A stretch of 64,000 nt of DNA from the NCBI GenBank assembly GCA_013239625.1, contig MU056898.1, forward strand, positions 1,021,717-1,085,716. Reading direction: 5' to 3'. Of the stretch, positions 23,856-36,161 are shown piece by piece. A program made the position numbers and the translations under genes. The notes beneath the pieces were generated by a model, which did no database searches, was not told where the DNA came from, and saw nothing but the letters and a program-made list of their open reading frames with translations. Source of the stretch: Lama guanicoe. Taxonomy: Eukaryota. How positions within the stretch are numbered: position 1 is the stretch's first letter; every line of letters begins with the position of its first letter.

Positions 23856-25000
23856 TTCATCATCTCATGTTTATGGAAGGCCTGTTGTGGTCCCGGGTGG
23901 TGCTCCGGGTTCACAGCCAGTGAGGCCACAGAGCAGCATGAAAACGGCACTTTGGCCTGATGGAGCTTGTGTTCTAGTTGAAGCAGAGAGACGACAGACG
24001 AGAAGACAATAAATACCTGGCACCCCGGGTGCTGATCTTTTCTGTGAAGGCAGTTAGTGCTGGAAGAGAGAGGGAGGGTTTGGGGGAGGGAGGGAGGGAG
24101 TTGACAGTTTACTGGTTTAAATGGGATGGTGGGGGCAGACACAGGTGAGAGCCTGGTAATATTTAGGTAAAGGCCTGAAAAGAATTGATGGGGGGCATGC
24201 CACATAGATCCCTGGGGGAGGAGTCTTCTGGAAGTGGGACGTGCAAAGGCCCTGAGGTGGGAGTGTGGCTCAAGCCCCGCATTTGGGTCTGAGAGGCAGC
24301 TGTGGTCAGGCCCCCTCAGGCCTCGCAGGCTCCGGTGGGGACTTGGGCTTTTACTTGGCGTTGTGGTGTGGTGCGGTGCATCGGAGAGTTCTGACAAGAG
24401 AGCACGTGATCTAACCCACGTTTTGAAGGAAGCACTGTCGTGTTGCAGGCAGTTGCTTGAAGGTGAGTGTGAGACTGAGGGCAGCGAGCCAGTGGCGGTG
24501 GAGCTATGCGTGAGGGGGACTCGGGCTGTTCTGAGGATGGCTCTGCGTGGGCGGGGGGTGCAGAGGAAGCCGCAGGCCTCAGGTCTGCCTTGATGATAGG
24601 CAGCATGGAGACTAGGTCCCCTGGGTGGAGGGGCACCAGGTCAGGGATGTGGGTGATGTGGGCTGAGCCCAGAGGCCCCTCAGACCGCAGAGAGCGGCGG
24701 GTCTGGAGTGGAGAGTCTGCGGTGGTGGATGCGCGGCGCTGCGGTCAGAGCCGTGGGCTCTAACAGTTGTGCATGCAGTCCAGCCTGGGGCCACGTGTGG
24801 GGACCGGGACCCCGGGAGGGAGAAGGATGAGCAGGGGTCTCAGGGGAGGGCGGAGAGTGCGTGGAGGAAGAGGGGCTCTCGCCGTGGGCACTGCGGAGAG
24901 GCCGGTACTGAGGGCTGCACTTGGCGGGAGGGCGGCCTCCCTGCGTGGTTTCGGGAGGAGCTTCAGGCCGAGGCCTGACCGTGAGCAGGGATGCCTGTTT
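23856..25000 (-). mobile_element. L2 LINE fragment (3' end at left)
   Basis: ttcatcatctcatgtttatggaaggcctg...atggagcttgtgttctagttg...gtgcaaaggccctgaggtgggagtgtg...gggcttttactt is typical antisense L2. Confidence 0.75.
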
Positions 25001-28000
25001 CTGGAGTGCCGCTGGCGGGGCCGTGTGAGGACGGGGCTGTAGCTCGGGATGCAGAGCCTGGCATGTGCATTCGCAGCAGCGCCGCCACCCCTCTGAGCCG
25101 TCTGCCCGCGGACAGGGGCACGGGGGTGAGCGGGGTGCTCTTCAGAATGAGGAGGGTCTGTGGCTGTGCAGGGACCTGGAGACTCACACCCTTTTTGGGG
25201 TCAGTCAGTGTGAGAGAGATCTTTTCTCACATGAAAACTGCTACCAATCACAGGAGCGCTGCAGCTCGAGGAAGGGCCCCTGTGTGCTATGTGGCCCCGG
25301 GCTCCTCTGGGCATCTCTGGGCGTGTGTGCCTTTGGACGTGTGAGTGGGCTGGGGAGGGGTGTGCCTGAGACTGTCTGATACTAGCCACCTTTCCATGGG
25401 GACAGAGTGGCTTGTTCTCTGTCCCCCTGGGAAATGAGCAGCTTTAGAGCATGTCCGAATGGCTGCTGTCCACCATGTGGCCAAGCTGTCCTGGACCGGC
25501 CCCTGGCTGAGAGGGACTGATGACCTTCCTAGGTTTCCTGAAGGTGGGGTGCCTGTGGCCTCAGGACCAGTCGGTGGTCATGGCCTTCCTTTCTCTGGAG
25601 TGTCTGACGCCAGCGCGTGGCCTGGGGCTGGAGCAGCAGGGTTGGCTACCGGGCGGGGAAGGCGGCCCGTCGGAGCTGGCCACACAGAGCTTGTTGCTGT
25701 CCTTCAGGCGACAGGGGCTGCTCCTCCCCAGCCTAGACGCACAGCAGGCTTTACCCAGGCCTGGCCTTGGTGACGCGCAGCCCTCCCGAGGCAGCTGCGC
25801 CTCCACCCTGGCCGCGCCCCTCGTTGAGAGCAGCGCGGCAGGCGCTGTGACTTGGCTGTCGTGAGCGCTCACCCTCCTTTTGGGGTTTAGCACCAAGTCT
25901 TGCTGTCTAATTTTCCTATTCCTGGTTCCACGTATTTTCTGCAGAAACAAGCCTGCGAGGGGGTCCGCCTCACCGGGGTGTGCCCCGCGCCTGTAAGGCC
26001 CTCTGACTGGAGCCCCCCCGGACTGCCCTGCGCCCTTTAGCTTCCGCTCTTCTGTAAACAGTGCCTCAGAAAAGGCTTGAGGCTTCTTCTTCGTGGATGA
26101 GTTTTGTGATCGGTGCCAAGTCGGGGTCCTCTGGACCTCGTGTCTTCAGACCTGCTGAGGCGGCACTGTGAGTGTCAGCGAGTGTCCTGGCATCTGCTGC
26201 CAGGAGCCTCAGAACAGCCGCTGCTGGGCTGGAGAGCCTGGAGAGCCGCTGCCTTGGGGACCGGCCAGTGGGCCCAACCCCCAGGCCTCCTGCTGTGCCC
26301 GCAGCCAGAGTGAGCCAGGATTCAGCTGCAGACTGAACAAAGACTTTTCCTCCTTTAAAGCCCACCAGTTAGAGTTAAAAGGCTTCAGAGCTGAAGCCAG
26401 AGTTTTAAACAGCAGATGTCACAGCTTGGGCTGTAGTTGGAACTGCCACTCTCCTGTCATCTCTGAGGCGGAGAACCCTGAGGCCCTCGGCAGACCGTCC
26501 GCTTCTCAGTTTGTGAAGCAGAAGTTTTGGAGTGCTTGGCTCTTCCTGCCCGGGGCGGGGGTGGGGGGTGGCGCCCGCGCAGTCCTAGGCTGTAATGGTC
26601 CTTGGCCTGGCCCCTGCTGGCTGCCAGCGCAGAGCTAAACCCCCGGCGCCCTCGGGGAGCATCTCCGAAGAGCTCTAACCGCACGGCAGGTCAGGAGTGC
26701 AGGGAAATAAACACTTTCCTGCCAGTGGGAGGCACTTTGGCCTCTGGTCTTTGATTTGCTGTGTGGTGTTTAATAATCCTTCACGATTCAACAGCCCTTC
26801 AGGAACTTGCCCGTGTCCGCCCTTGGAGCTCCTGGCGGTGGGGGCGCAGCTGCGGCTGTCTGTTCCTGCGGGGCCGTGTCCGGGTTCCTGAGCTCCCGGG
26901 CCTCTCGGGTGCGCCTGCTCCTTCTCCCCCAGACGCCCCCCATGCTGCGGCCCGGCCGCTGGGCTCACGCTGTGTGGAGCAGTCCCTGGAGGCCCTGTCC
27001 TCCGTCAGCCCCCTGCTTCTCCCGCCGGACTTGTGGGTGACGTTTCCACGCAGGGAGCACTCTGGGTGTGCGGTTTTTCTCTTACTTTTCCTTTGTGCTT
27101 AGACGTGTAGCACATGCTTTCTCATCAAAGGAAGCTTAAACAGCGTACATGGAGTTGAAGATCCCTTTGCTGCCACCAACCTCAGCCGTGACCTTGAGTT
27201 ACCCACCGGTGTCCATTTGGGCTGAATCTTCCAGGTTATGCTCTGTAAATGTGCGCACAGACAATGTGGTTCTCTAGACAAAAGAAGTTGGAGGTGCAGT
27301 TTGGGGGCGCCTTTGCGGTTTGGGGCTGTAATGTTCCTTGGAACGTGAATGGAATCAGACACTTTGAACCTTGAGCTCTTTCCCTGAGCCCCTGCAGGAC
27401 TGCCCGACTCGCGGCTCCTCCAGGAAGAGGAGGCACTGCTTCTGGAGAAGAGGGCCTGGGTGCGCATGCTGCGTGCACTGCTGGCCGGAGCCCTGCTCAC
27501 AGGCCAGGCGGTCGCTAGGGTGGGAACAAACCAACGAGCCTCCTGGTGGCCCAGGAATCAGCACTGTCACTCCTGCGCCGTCCCCTCCTGTGGGCCGGGC
27601 TCCCTTCTGCCTGCTGTGGGGTCCTTTCAGGGGACACTGTTCTCCTCCTCCCTGGGCTCAGCTCTCAGCCCTCAGGACCTTCAGCAGGAGAGTGGAGGGT
27701 GCGTGTGTTTACGGGATACCATGCACAGGCGTGCACACACCTGCATCCCTGCCCCCCCCCGGCAGGGCACCGGGAGAGAGGGCTGGGCCTCTGGGGCGAG
27801 GGGCGCACAGCCCCCAGTCCCTGCACGGTGGCAGCCCGTGCTCCACGCCTGGCCCGCGTGAACAGTGACAGAGCAGAGAGGTGCCCCGGCCCAGATGTCC
27901 TTGCGGGGTCTCCCGGGCCGTGGGCTGTGCCGGGTGGGTCTCTCGGAACAGCCCCCGCAGACGCTGTGAGGGTGTGGTGTGGTCTCACCCTGTCCCAGCT

Positions 28001-28389
28001 GGTCACCACTTCTGTGGCCACTGGTTTCCACAGCTAGAAAATACAGTTAAAAAGAAAAAAGCTGTTGCTGGAAATAATTCTCACAACAGAATTGTAGAAT
28101 CTTTTTGAAAAATGGAAAAGGTGCCAGGGATTCTGCATCAGTAACGTGACTCTTGCCTTTTTGTAAGCATTTCCTTCCAGGCCTTGCCTCTGCACAGATG
28201 GTATTAATCAGGGTGCACTTAACCTTGTGTTTGGTTTTGCCTTTTCAGTGAATATATATGCTTGTTGTTGTTAAAAAGAGGCAAATACACTGGCGCTTAA
28301 ACTATTTTCTCACGTCGCGTGCGCTTACCATTTCAGCGGCGTTGTGTGTGTGGCGTGTTTTACAAACCAGTTTGAGGTCGCTGGGCCCA

Positions 28390-28570
28390 CCAGCATGGGA
28401 GTCAGGAGCATGGCCTTGGCCAGGCCACCCTGCGTGGGTCTCAGCTTTTCCGGTTGCTCCTGACTCCTCTGTGCCTCCGCTTCCCCACCTGTGTAGTGGG
28501 GGTAGTGAAGGCTGTTGAAAGGATGAAACAACTCAGTATCCGGAAGGTGCTTAGAGCGTCTGTCTCAGAG
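28390..28570 (+). mobile_element. MIR SINE
   Basis: Core ctctgtgcctccgcttccccacctgtgtagtgggggtagt...aggtgcttagagc. Confidence 0.7.
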
Positions 28571-28749
28571 GGGGCAGGTCCCCCGTACTGTGGCTGCGTC
28601 GCAGAAGTGACGCTTCTATCGGCAAGGGGGCTCGCACCCCCTGCAGCTGTGCGGCGAGCAGCCCTATTTATGGCAGCCCTGCCGTCGTGTTTTCATTAGT
28701 TGTTTGGGTGTTTTTTTAATTGTATTTTGTGTTGTTATTTATTATAGTT

Positions 28750-29070
28750 GTTTTGAGGATGTTCGATGATGTATCAAGTTGGCAGAAAGCTTGGTAACAT
28801 TTCCTTACGTAGTAGTCACAGCAGTCTCTCCATTGCGAGTGGTAGTTTCCAGAATTCTTGCAGTGACATTTGTGGGTAAATCGCTCTGCCTTGTCTTCTG
28901 GGATTCTTCTTTTAGTTTTGGACCAAATTCTGAAACCTAATGTTGTCCATCAAATTGACAGAGAGCCTCCACGAATGTTGTCTTTGTCAGACGTACAGCA
29001 GATGGTTTCCTGGGTGGCACAGAGAATTTTTGGTGTCTTGCCGTGCAGTGTTACATGATTGTTTTACTGC
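28750..29070 (-). mobile_element. Possible hAT-Tip100 (Zaphod/Arthur-like) transposase fossil
   Basis: The reverse strand aaactaaaagaagaatcccagaagacaag...tgcaagaattctggaaa...gaaatgttaccaag weakly resembles recalled hAT-Tip100 internal sequence. Confidence 0.35.
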
Positions 29071-29089
29071 TTAGATTTCCCTGTTTCTG

Positions 29090-29240
29090 CAGATGATCAA
29101 TGGGTCCAAATTGTGCACGAGAACCACCTGTTGGCAGATCCCAGGCCCCGCCCCCAGGGGTTTTGCTTCGGAGGGTCCAGAGGTGGAGGTGGGTGGGCTG
29201 GAGTGATTCCAGGTGATTCTGATGCAGAGGGGGACTATTT
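29090..29240. mobile_element. MER5A-like hAT-Charlie MITE fragment
   Basis: gaaccacctg...gcagatcccaggccccgcccccag...ccaggtgattctgatgca. Confidence 0.6.
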
Positions 29241-29489
29241 TGGACACCCTCCCGCCCCCACGATGCCACGGCCCAGGGAGCTGCAGGAGTCCCCTTCCTG
29301 GACCAGAAGTGGGCACGCCCGCGCACACCTGCCCACGCTCTCCCCGCCTCTCGTGACCTGTAGCGACCGTCTGGCCAGCGCATTTTTGCCCCCATCAGAT
29401 GTGATGTGTACTGCGTCCTGTGGTGCGGCTGCAAGTCTCACTCGCTTATTTTCTTTCACTGAACTTTTTTTTTTAATGTTAAAAACAGT

Positions 29490-29705
29490 GAAACAGGGAG
29501 CATGAAATGGTGCAGCTGCTGTGGAACACAGTATGGCGACTCCTCAGAAAACTGAAAATGGAAGAATCCCCAGGGCTGCCTCTGGGTGTACATCCAGAAG
29601 TGTGAAAGCAGAGACTTGAACACACACTTGAAAACCAGTGTTGACAGCATCGCTCTTCACCGTAGCTGAAGGGTAGAACCCACCCAGGTGTCCGTCGGTG
29701 GTGAC
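29490..29705 (+). mobile_element. L1 ORF2 3' fragment, sense orientation
   Basis: aaatggtgcagctgctgtggaacacagtatggcgactcctcagaaaact...tctgggtgtacatccaga...aaagcagagacttgaac. Confidence 0.8.
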
Positions 29706-32700
29706 GTGTCGTGCTGGGCCGCGGAGCCGCTGCACCCGCGCGCTACTGTCTGCTTTTTCTCGGGGCCCATTCTCAAACCAGTGCCTTAAAAGTGCTGTTT
29801 TAACTAAAGCTCACGCAGCTCACTCCTCAACAGAGCGTGCTTTCTTTTTGATCAACACTGTAGAACTTAAGAGTGTGTGGAATTCCACACTGTTCCATTT
29901 ACTGATTAATAATTACCTCAAATTAAAACGTGCACTCCTTATTTACATAACGAGCTGTCGTCAGCTGCTTTCACTGTGACATCCTCGTTTCCCAAACTCA
30001 GTGTCGAAATGGGATTGAGTGGGAAGCCCTACAAACGCTTTTAAAGTCTCCTGTCTTCTTCTGCTCTGGTGAGATTAATGGGTGTGTGGGGCTGCCAGGT
30101 GGTCGCACCACCACGTGCCCGGGTCTTGCGGTTCTGGAAACAAGCCTCGAGGAGCCCTTTTGAGCTGGGCTCGGCCGGGAGTTGTGTGAGCTGTGGCTGA
30201 GTCCCGAGTTGCCGCAGCCCGTCGTGTCTTCCCTTTCAAGACTCCCGCCTTCTCTGTCTCCGAGGGTGGCGTGATTCTGGAGTGTTGCAACTGGCTTCTG
30301 GAGTGTTGAGCTCTGTGCTTTTAGGAGAAGTTGAAACCTAGTGACCAGCAGGAATGACAGGCCTGCCTGGACTCCTGAGTCTCAGGTCACAGAGCCAGAG
30401 CTGCAGGTTTTCCAGCCCAGGGCCCCTCGAGGAGGACCGGTGGCCGTGTGTTTGCCAGCAGCAGCGGGGCAGGGCTGGGCCGGGAGCAGGAGGTGGGGTC
30501 CTTCCTGTGCCGTTTGGTCTTCTGGAATTGGGCATGCGGGACAGCCAGGCCCTGTGACTCGAAGACCCATCAGCGGGAAGGGTTGCGCCTGGGCCTTGGG
30601 GCTGGGGTGTCGCCAGGAGGCCGCTGCTGGAAAGCCAGACCCCTGTGGCTGTCTGCCCGGCACCCCACCCTGTGGGTCCCGGTGGTGGCCGCTCTCTCTG
30701 CGCTCTCCCAGGGGGGTCGGGGCACAACACAGAGGACAGGCCGGAGGGGCTCCTCAGGCGCACGGCGCCTTTGCCTGGTGGTCTTCGTGCGAGAGGGGCG
30801 GGATTGTGGGAAAGCCAGCTTCCTGCTTAGTTTCTTTGAATGTGGAGCCAGGCCTCCTGACACTCTGTTGAAATGGCTGCTCAAAAGTTCCAAAGTCTTG
30901 GGGTGTCAGACAGCCTCCGTGAGGTTCAGCTGGAGGGTCTGAGGCTCAGGCCGCCCGGGGTGTGGCAGCCTTGGCCTGCAGACGTGCAGACACCCCACGC
31001 CGTCAGTGGGAGTGGAGCATTTCCAAGGAGAGCATATTAGGCCCATTTTTCTCTTCATTTGACCATTTCCAACTTCCTGTCATTATTAAATTGTTACATT
31101 TCAAATTATCTTTACTTCAAAGGAAATTGGAGAGCCTTGGTTTGCAGAGTCTGGCTCTCCTCTGTTACTCTAGCTCCCCGCTTTGTGGGGTAATTTGTAC
31201 CCCAGGGCAAGAATCTTGTTTCTAAATTGCTGTCACGTGCTCCCAGCTCTGCAGACGGCTCTCCAGTTTCCAGGAAGGCTTCTGTTTGGGGGGTGTTGCA
31301 GGCAGCTTGCCCTCAACCAGAGAAAGCCGCCGTGTCAGTTAGCGAGAGCTCCTGGACAGTGTGTGGTCACCTGTCTGGCAGAGGCCTCTCCACAGGCCCT
31401 TCCCGCTGTTCCAGGTCTGAGCCGACGTGGCCCTGCCTGGAAGGGGCGTGAGGAGGAGGGTGGTGATGGTCAGGCTTCCCCAGCCACCCTCGGGCCTCTG
31501 TCTGCTTCTCCCATGTGGCGCTGCCTGGTCCTGGGCCCCTGGGGCGGGGGCCTTGCAAATGTGGACATACGCGTTTGTTTTAAATGCACTTTGCACTGAT
31601 GAAGGGACAGTGTGTGTGCTCCTTCGACTGCTTAACACAGGAAAATAGAAAACAACTTAAGTCTATTTAGTATGTTTCAGAAAAAAACTTTAGCTTAAAA
31701 GTCTTTACTTGTTTTGCTTATTTTCCTATTAGTGTTTTTAACTCCCTGAGTTGGAAAATGTTAGGAAGCTTTGAAAAGAGTGGCATTCAAGGCCGGTTCA
31801 GCCCTTCCCCTCCTAGGCCCCGGTTTCTCGAAGGTCTTTCCCTGGGGCATGTCTCCTCACTGTGACTGTTTTCTAGTCTGCAGGGCTGCTTTGTGTCCAG
31901 GGCGGAGTCAGGGTGGAGGCCTCTGCGCTGTGCCTCGCAGAATGTCCAGGAGGGGGCTTTCCCTTGCTGGTCGGGAAGGGCCTCCCTGAGGTGACCTGAG
32001 GGGAGGGGCGTGGAGTCGCTTGTGGGCGGAGTGCCGATGGCTGAGGCCCCAGCGTGTGGGGTGGGGCAGGGGCTGCGCTGGGCTTTTGGGTGCTGTGCTG
32101 ACAAGTGGAGACGTCGGGGCTCACGTTCTAGCGACGGCAGACTTGAGATGACCCCACACGGACGACGGGTTTGATGGTGGTGGTACTGGGCTGCGTCGTG
32201 CTGGGGTGGGGAGAGGCTCGGGGGCTTCCTGGAGGAAGAGACATCTTCCGCGAGACTCGCAGGCCCAGGGGGCCCAAGGGTGTAGGGTTTGTGGGGCACG
32301 GACGTGAGGCTCGGTTTCAGCAGGTTTATGTGAGGGGTCCTTGGGTTCCACGCGACTGCAGGTGCCAACTTGAGCAAGAGGGGTTCACTGGTAGGTGAGG
32401 GGAGGCTGGAGTGTGTTCTGGGGCCAGAAAGAGAGCCTTCGGTAGTGAGCTGGCCAGTGGCCCCTCTGTAGCTTGGCGTTGGCCTCTCCTTCCGAAGGAT
32501 GTGTGTTGTCTGTGTAGCTTGGGTCCTGGCCCCCTTGGCCCCGCCAGCCACCACCGTTCGCCTAGTGCTGGGGACCCATTTGTGGAGGGGGTGTGGGGGT
32601 GGCCTCAGCACTCCCCACAGCCTCGCCCCCGTGTAGCCCTGGCCTTGGCCCCTGGCCTCGCGCTCACGCCCTCTCGGCCCTTCTGCGTCAGGGGGCCATG

Positions 32701-32819
32701 TAGCCAGTGGGCCCCGGGCTGGTGTGGGGCCAGTGCACGCTCTGCTGGATCTCCCTTCATCTCTCACGATGGTCCTGGCGCACCTTCTCCTGAGCCTGGT
32801 GCTGGGCTGGGGGGCTCCG

Positions 32820-32870
32820 GCGATCACTGTCTGAGTCTCAGCTTCCCCACCTGTGAAATGAAAACCATGA
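32820..32870 (+). mobile_element. MIR core fragment
   Basis: tctgagtctcagcttccccacctgtgaaatg. Confidence 0.5.
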
Positions 32871-33349
32871 GCAACAGGGCTGCTCTGAGCATTGACGGAC
32901 ACAAGTAACCTGGAAGGGGTTTGCGGATTCCAGGCCTTGTGCGCGTGGCGTCTGCTGTGCCAGTCTGGTGCTGCTGCTGAATCGTACGTGGGTTTGGAAG
33001 GAGAAGGGAGGAAAGGAGACCCAAGTGCCCTGGGCACGTGCACCTGCTTGGCAGTTGCTGGTAAACCTCACTTCTGATCTTCTGCATAGTGACGCTCTTG
33101 TGTGTCGGCTTGCTTCTTATAGGTGAAAAAAAATCAAAGCTTGAAAAAATGACGTGTCCAGTGTCACATGGCCTAGCTGCAGGCTGAGTTTGAGCCCGGG
33201 GATGGGGGAGCACACCCACCACCCCGTGTAGGACCTCACTCATCCGGGTCTGGACCGGCAGTGGTGGGCGTGGCTTGTGGGGTCCCCGCAGCGTGCAGAC
33301 CCAGGTGCCCCCGGGACAGCCGTGCTGACGTGTGCCCTTGGTCCCGCAG

Positions 33350-33436
33350 GACCCCGGAGGACCTTTCCAGGTTCATCGTGGAGCTGCAGCAGCGCGAGCT
33401 TGCCCTGAAAGACAGGAACAGCTCCATCACCAGCAG
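33350..33436 (+). CDS. MAD1L1: MAD1L1 internal coding exon (orthologue of human exon 11), 87 nt, phase 2-2, coiled-coil region
   Basis: Acceptor cccttggtcccgcAG ends at 33349, branch-point-like CTGAC has its A at 33328, and the donor is CAG|GTAGGT at 33437. The frame G|ACC CCG GAG...ACC AGC AG reads [28 protein letters not shown], matching recalled human MAD1 [30 protein letters not shown]. Confidence 0.96.
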
Positions 33437-33889
33437 GTAGGTCTGGGGGCCCGCGTCTGCGGGGACGTGTCTGCTTTGGAAAGTGGGGGCCAGCTCAGGA
33501 CCAGCTCGCTTCCCTGCTCACTCCCTGCCTTGGCCTGAGCCAGTGGGAGCTGGGCTGCAGGGTGCAGGGCGCCCATGTCTGCCCCACGGCAGTGAGCCTG
33601 GCGGTCAGAGCAGCCAGGCCCTGGGGCGGCTTCCTGGGTGGGCCTGAGGCGGGTGTTCCCCACCCGCCGCGCTTTGCAGAGGCGGGGGCTCTGTGTGGCC
33701 CCTTGAAGGTGTGGGAGCCTGGAGCCTGGGCTGAAGCATCTGAGTGCGTGGAGTGTGCAGACTTGTGCACTCAGGGAGGGTCCTGGGCCACCCGAGACTG
33801 TGGCAGCAGGATGCTTGTGTCTGCCCTCCGGAGCCCAGGGCAGGCGGCTGTGACTTCCTCCAGACCCTGAGTGTGCGGCGTGCCCACAC

Positions 33890-34470
33890 CCATCCTCCCA
33901 CTCTGACACCTGCCAGTGTCCCAGGGTTCAACTCAGCTCAGCCAGACCCTGACCCCACAGGTGGGGGGCCCCGTCCCAAGGGCCCCCGCCTCCGGGTTCC
34001 CAGGCTGCTTGTGCTTCTGTCTGACTGCGGGTTCAGGCACCCCCTCTGCCCCTGGTGATTTGCTGGAGGGATTGGCAGAACTCAGGAAAGCCCTTTACTT
34101 CGGGTTACTGGTGTGTTACGGAGGGCGCGGCTGGGAGAGCCGACAGCCGATGGGAAGGGTGCATGGCGGGTGGGGGTGGGGGCAGCGCCTCATGCCGTCC
34201 CCGGGCACGGTGCCCTCCCGGTTCCTCCAGGTGCCCACTGGCCCGGAAGCTCTCTGAACCCCCCGGTTTGGCAGTTTGTCTGCAGGTTCCTGCTTGGTTA
34301 GGTCTTGCCTGTTGGTGATTAGCTCGGTCTCTAGCCCCTCTCCCCTCCCTGGAGATGGGGGTGGAGCTGAAGGTTCCAGCCTCTCTTCCTGTGGCTGGTC
34401 CCCCGGTGTTCAGGCCCCTGCCCCCCGCCCCATGCCGTCTAGGGGTCGTCTTGAAGGGGCTTGTTCCAGG
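33890..34470. mobile_element. MER21-family LTR
   Basis: atttgctggagggattggcagaactcaggaaagccctttactt, cccggaagctctctgaaccc and agcccctctcccctccctggagatgggggtggagctgaaggttccagcc match recalled MER21C. Confidence 0.75.
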
Positions 34471-35669
34471 GGTCGCATCAGAAGGAGAAAGGAGAGACCT
34501 CTTTCTTGGATCTCCTTTTTGGAACAAGGAAACCTTTCCTAGGAGCCCCCACCACGCTCCCGGCCAGCAGATTCGCCTCCAGCCTCACTGGTCCAGGCGG
34601 GGTTTTGTCTGCCCCAGACCAGGTACCCACAGAGGATGGGGTCACCGTGGCAAGCTTAAACCAGTCTGATCCCCCCTGAATCACTTGAGGGTGGACAGCT
34701 GAGTGAGGCTGACCCCTCCAGTGAGTGAAGGGCTCGGGGACGGGCTGGGAGGACAGTGGCCACAGAGGGGCCCTCGGGGCCCCGCACGGCCAGACTGGCC
34801 GGCTGGGTGGGTCTGTGAGGACAGTCTTCCGCCACTGATTCTCCTCCACAGCCTCACCCCGCGGTGCAGTAGGGTTTTAATAATTTATTAGTTGAAGGAA
34901 GGTTTTCCTATTTTGGGGGCTGGTGTCACCTTGAAAAGTGGCTTTTAGAAGCATCTGGTCTCGTTCGACACAATCACATCAATTTAGTCGAAACCCCTCA
35001 AGTGACAGAGGTTTTGCCTTTTGCTCTCAAGGCTGCTGTCGGATGAAGCGGATGTTAAAAGCGACTTGCAATGAACGCCTCAACGTTTTTCCAGGCGATC
35101 CTCTTTGTTTTACTTTGATTTTGGAACAGAATGAACTGTTAGGGGAAAGGAAGCGTGTCTGCGTTTTTCTCCCCCCAAACTGTGAAGTATTTTCTGAGGT
35201 TTTCTGAGCAGCAGCAGCAGGAAGGTCAGCCGCCTAGAGACCATGGGCGCCTGCGGGACCAGCAGCGCCCTCGGCTGCGGTCACAGCTGAAGATCCAGCC
35301 ATCTCGGCTCTTCCCTGGGAGGGACGTGGGAGGGACGTCGGTGGGACTCTGCCTCAGGGAGCAGCCCTCCCCGGCGCACAGGTGGTCTGCGTGACTCCCT
35401 GGTGCTTGTCCACCTCTCGGGACCCTCGGGTTCCCTCGGAGCTGTTGCAGCTGCCCTGGGAGCACGGGTGATCTCAGACCCCCAGACGAGCCCTGTGCGC
35501 CACCTTGTCTGCAGGATGGGCACCTGTCTGTCAGGTCTGGGTGTCGGGAGGTGTGGTGTGACAGCACGTGGCACAGGGCCTGCAGACGACTGCTTGCCTG
35601 GGGTGGGGTGGTTGGCTCTTGATCCTGACCGTCCTGACTGTGTGACCGCCTCAGGACCATTTCCTGTGT

Positions 35670-35810
35670 CCAGCTGATCTGTGCATAACCTCATTTCATC
35701 TCATGGAGGTCCTGGGGGAGGGTGCCATCACTGCATCTTCCTCCTTCAGGTGATGGAATGGGTCAGAGAAGCCTGGGAGCGTTCTTGAGGTCCCAGACGA
35801 TAGGGAGCAC
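35670..35810 (-). mobile_element. MIR fragment
   Basis: ctcatttcatc...ttcaggtgatggaatgggtcagagaag...ttgaggtcccag. Confidence 0.5.
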
Positions 35811-36026
35811 TCATTTCTTCAGGAGCCGCGGGAGCTGGGGTCCCGTGCCCTCGAGGCCCTCACTGACCAGGACGGCGAGGAGGCGGTGCACAGTGCCGTT
35901 CACGCCGGCAGGGGTCTGGGTGGCTGCTGTTCCAACAGACGGCAGAGCGATGTGGATGTTTCCACGTGGAGGGCCAGGGGACCTCGTGAGGTCAGGCCCA
36001 CTGATGTCATTTCTGCACGTCTTCAG

Positions 36027-36161
36027 TGGCAGTTGGGCAGAAACTCAGGTTAGCAGGGAAGAAGCCCCTTGGCAGGAGGGTGAAAGCTCGGGGTCTGGCC
36101 AGTTCCCAGGCAGGCGGGGCTCGGGCCCCAGGGTTCGATGTACGTTCCCCACCTGGAAAGG
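36027..36161 (+). other. Candidate (unproven) 135-nt frame-preserving cassette exon
   Basis: CTGAT branch-like motif with A at 36004, acceptor gtcttcAG|, donor AGG|GTAAGT. Open in the phase-2 frame. Confidence 0.25.

Larger units (their letters stand above)
1..33349 (+). other. MAD1L1: MAD1L1 intron upstream of the exon (3' part; previous exon lies outside the window)
   Basis: No sequence encoding the preceding MAD1 peptide (..WERLDQ..) was recognised. The region is repeat-rich with T>A on the + strand. Human MAD1L1 has very long introns around this exon. Confidence 0.85.

Noticed and set aside
27398-27518. Coiled-coil-looking peptide LLQEEEALLLEKRAWVRMLRALL after a ctgcAG
   Set aside because: It does not match the MAD1 sequence as I recall it. 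The MAD1L1-compatible phase-2 frame from this AG is a different one and hits TAG at 27516-27518, and there is no good donor.
31787-33043. 418-aa minus-strand ORF, the longest in the track
   Set aside because: Pro/Arg/Ala/Gly-rich with no recognisable domain, and it runs through MIR/L2-like remnants. Such ORFs are expected by chance at this GC content.
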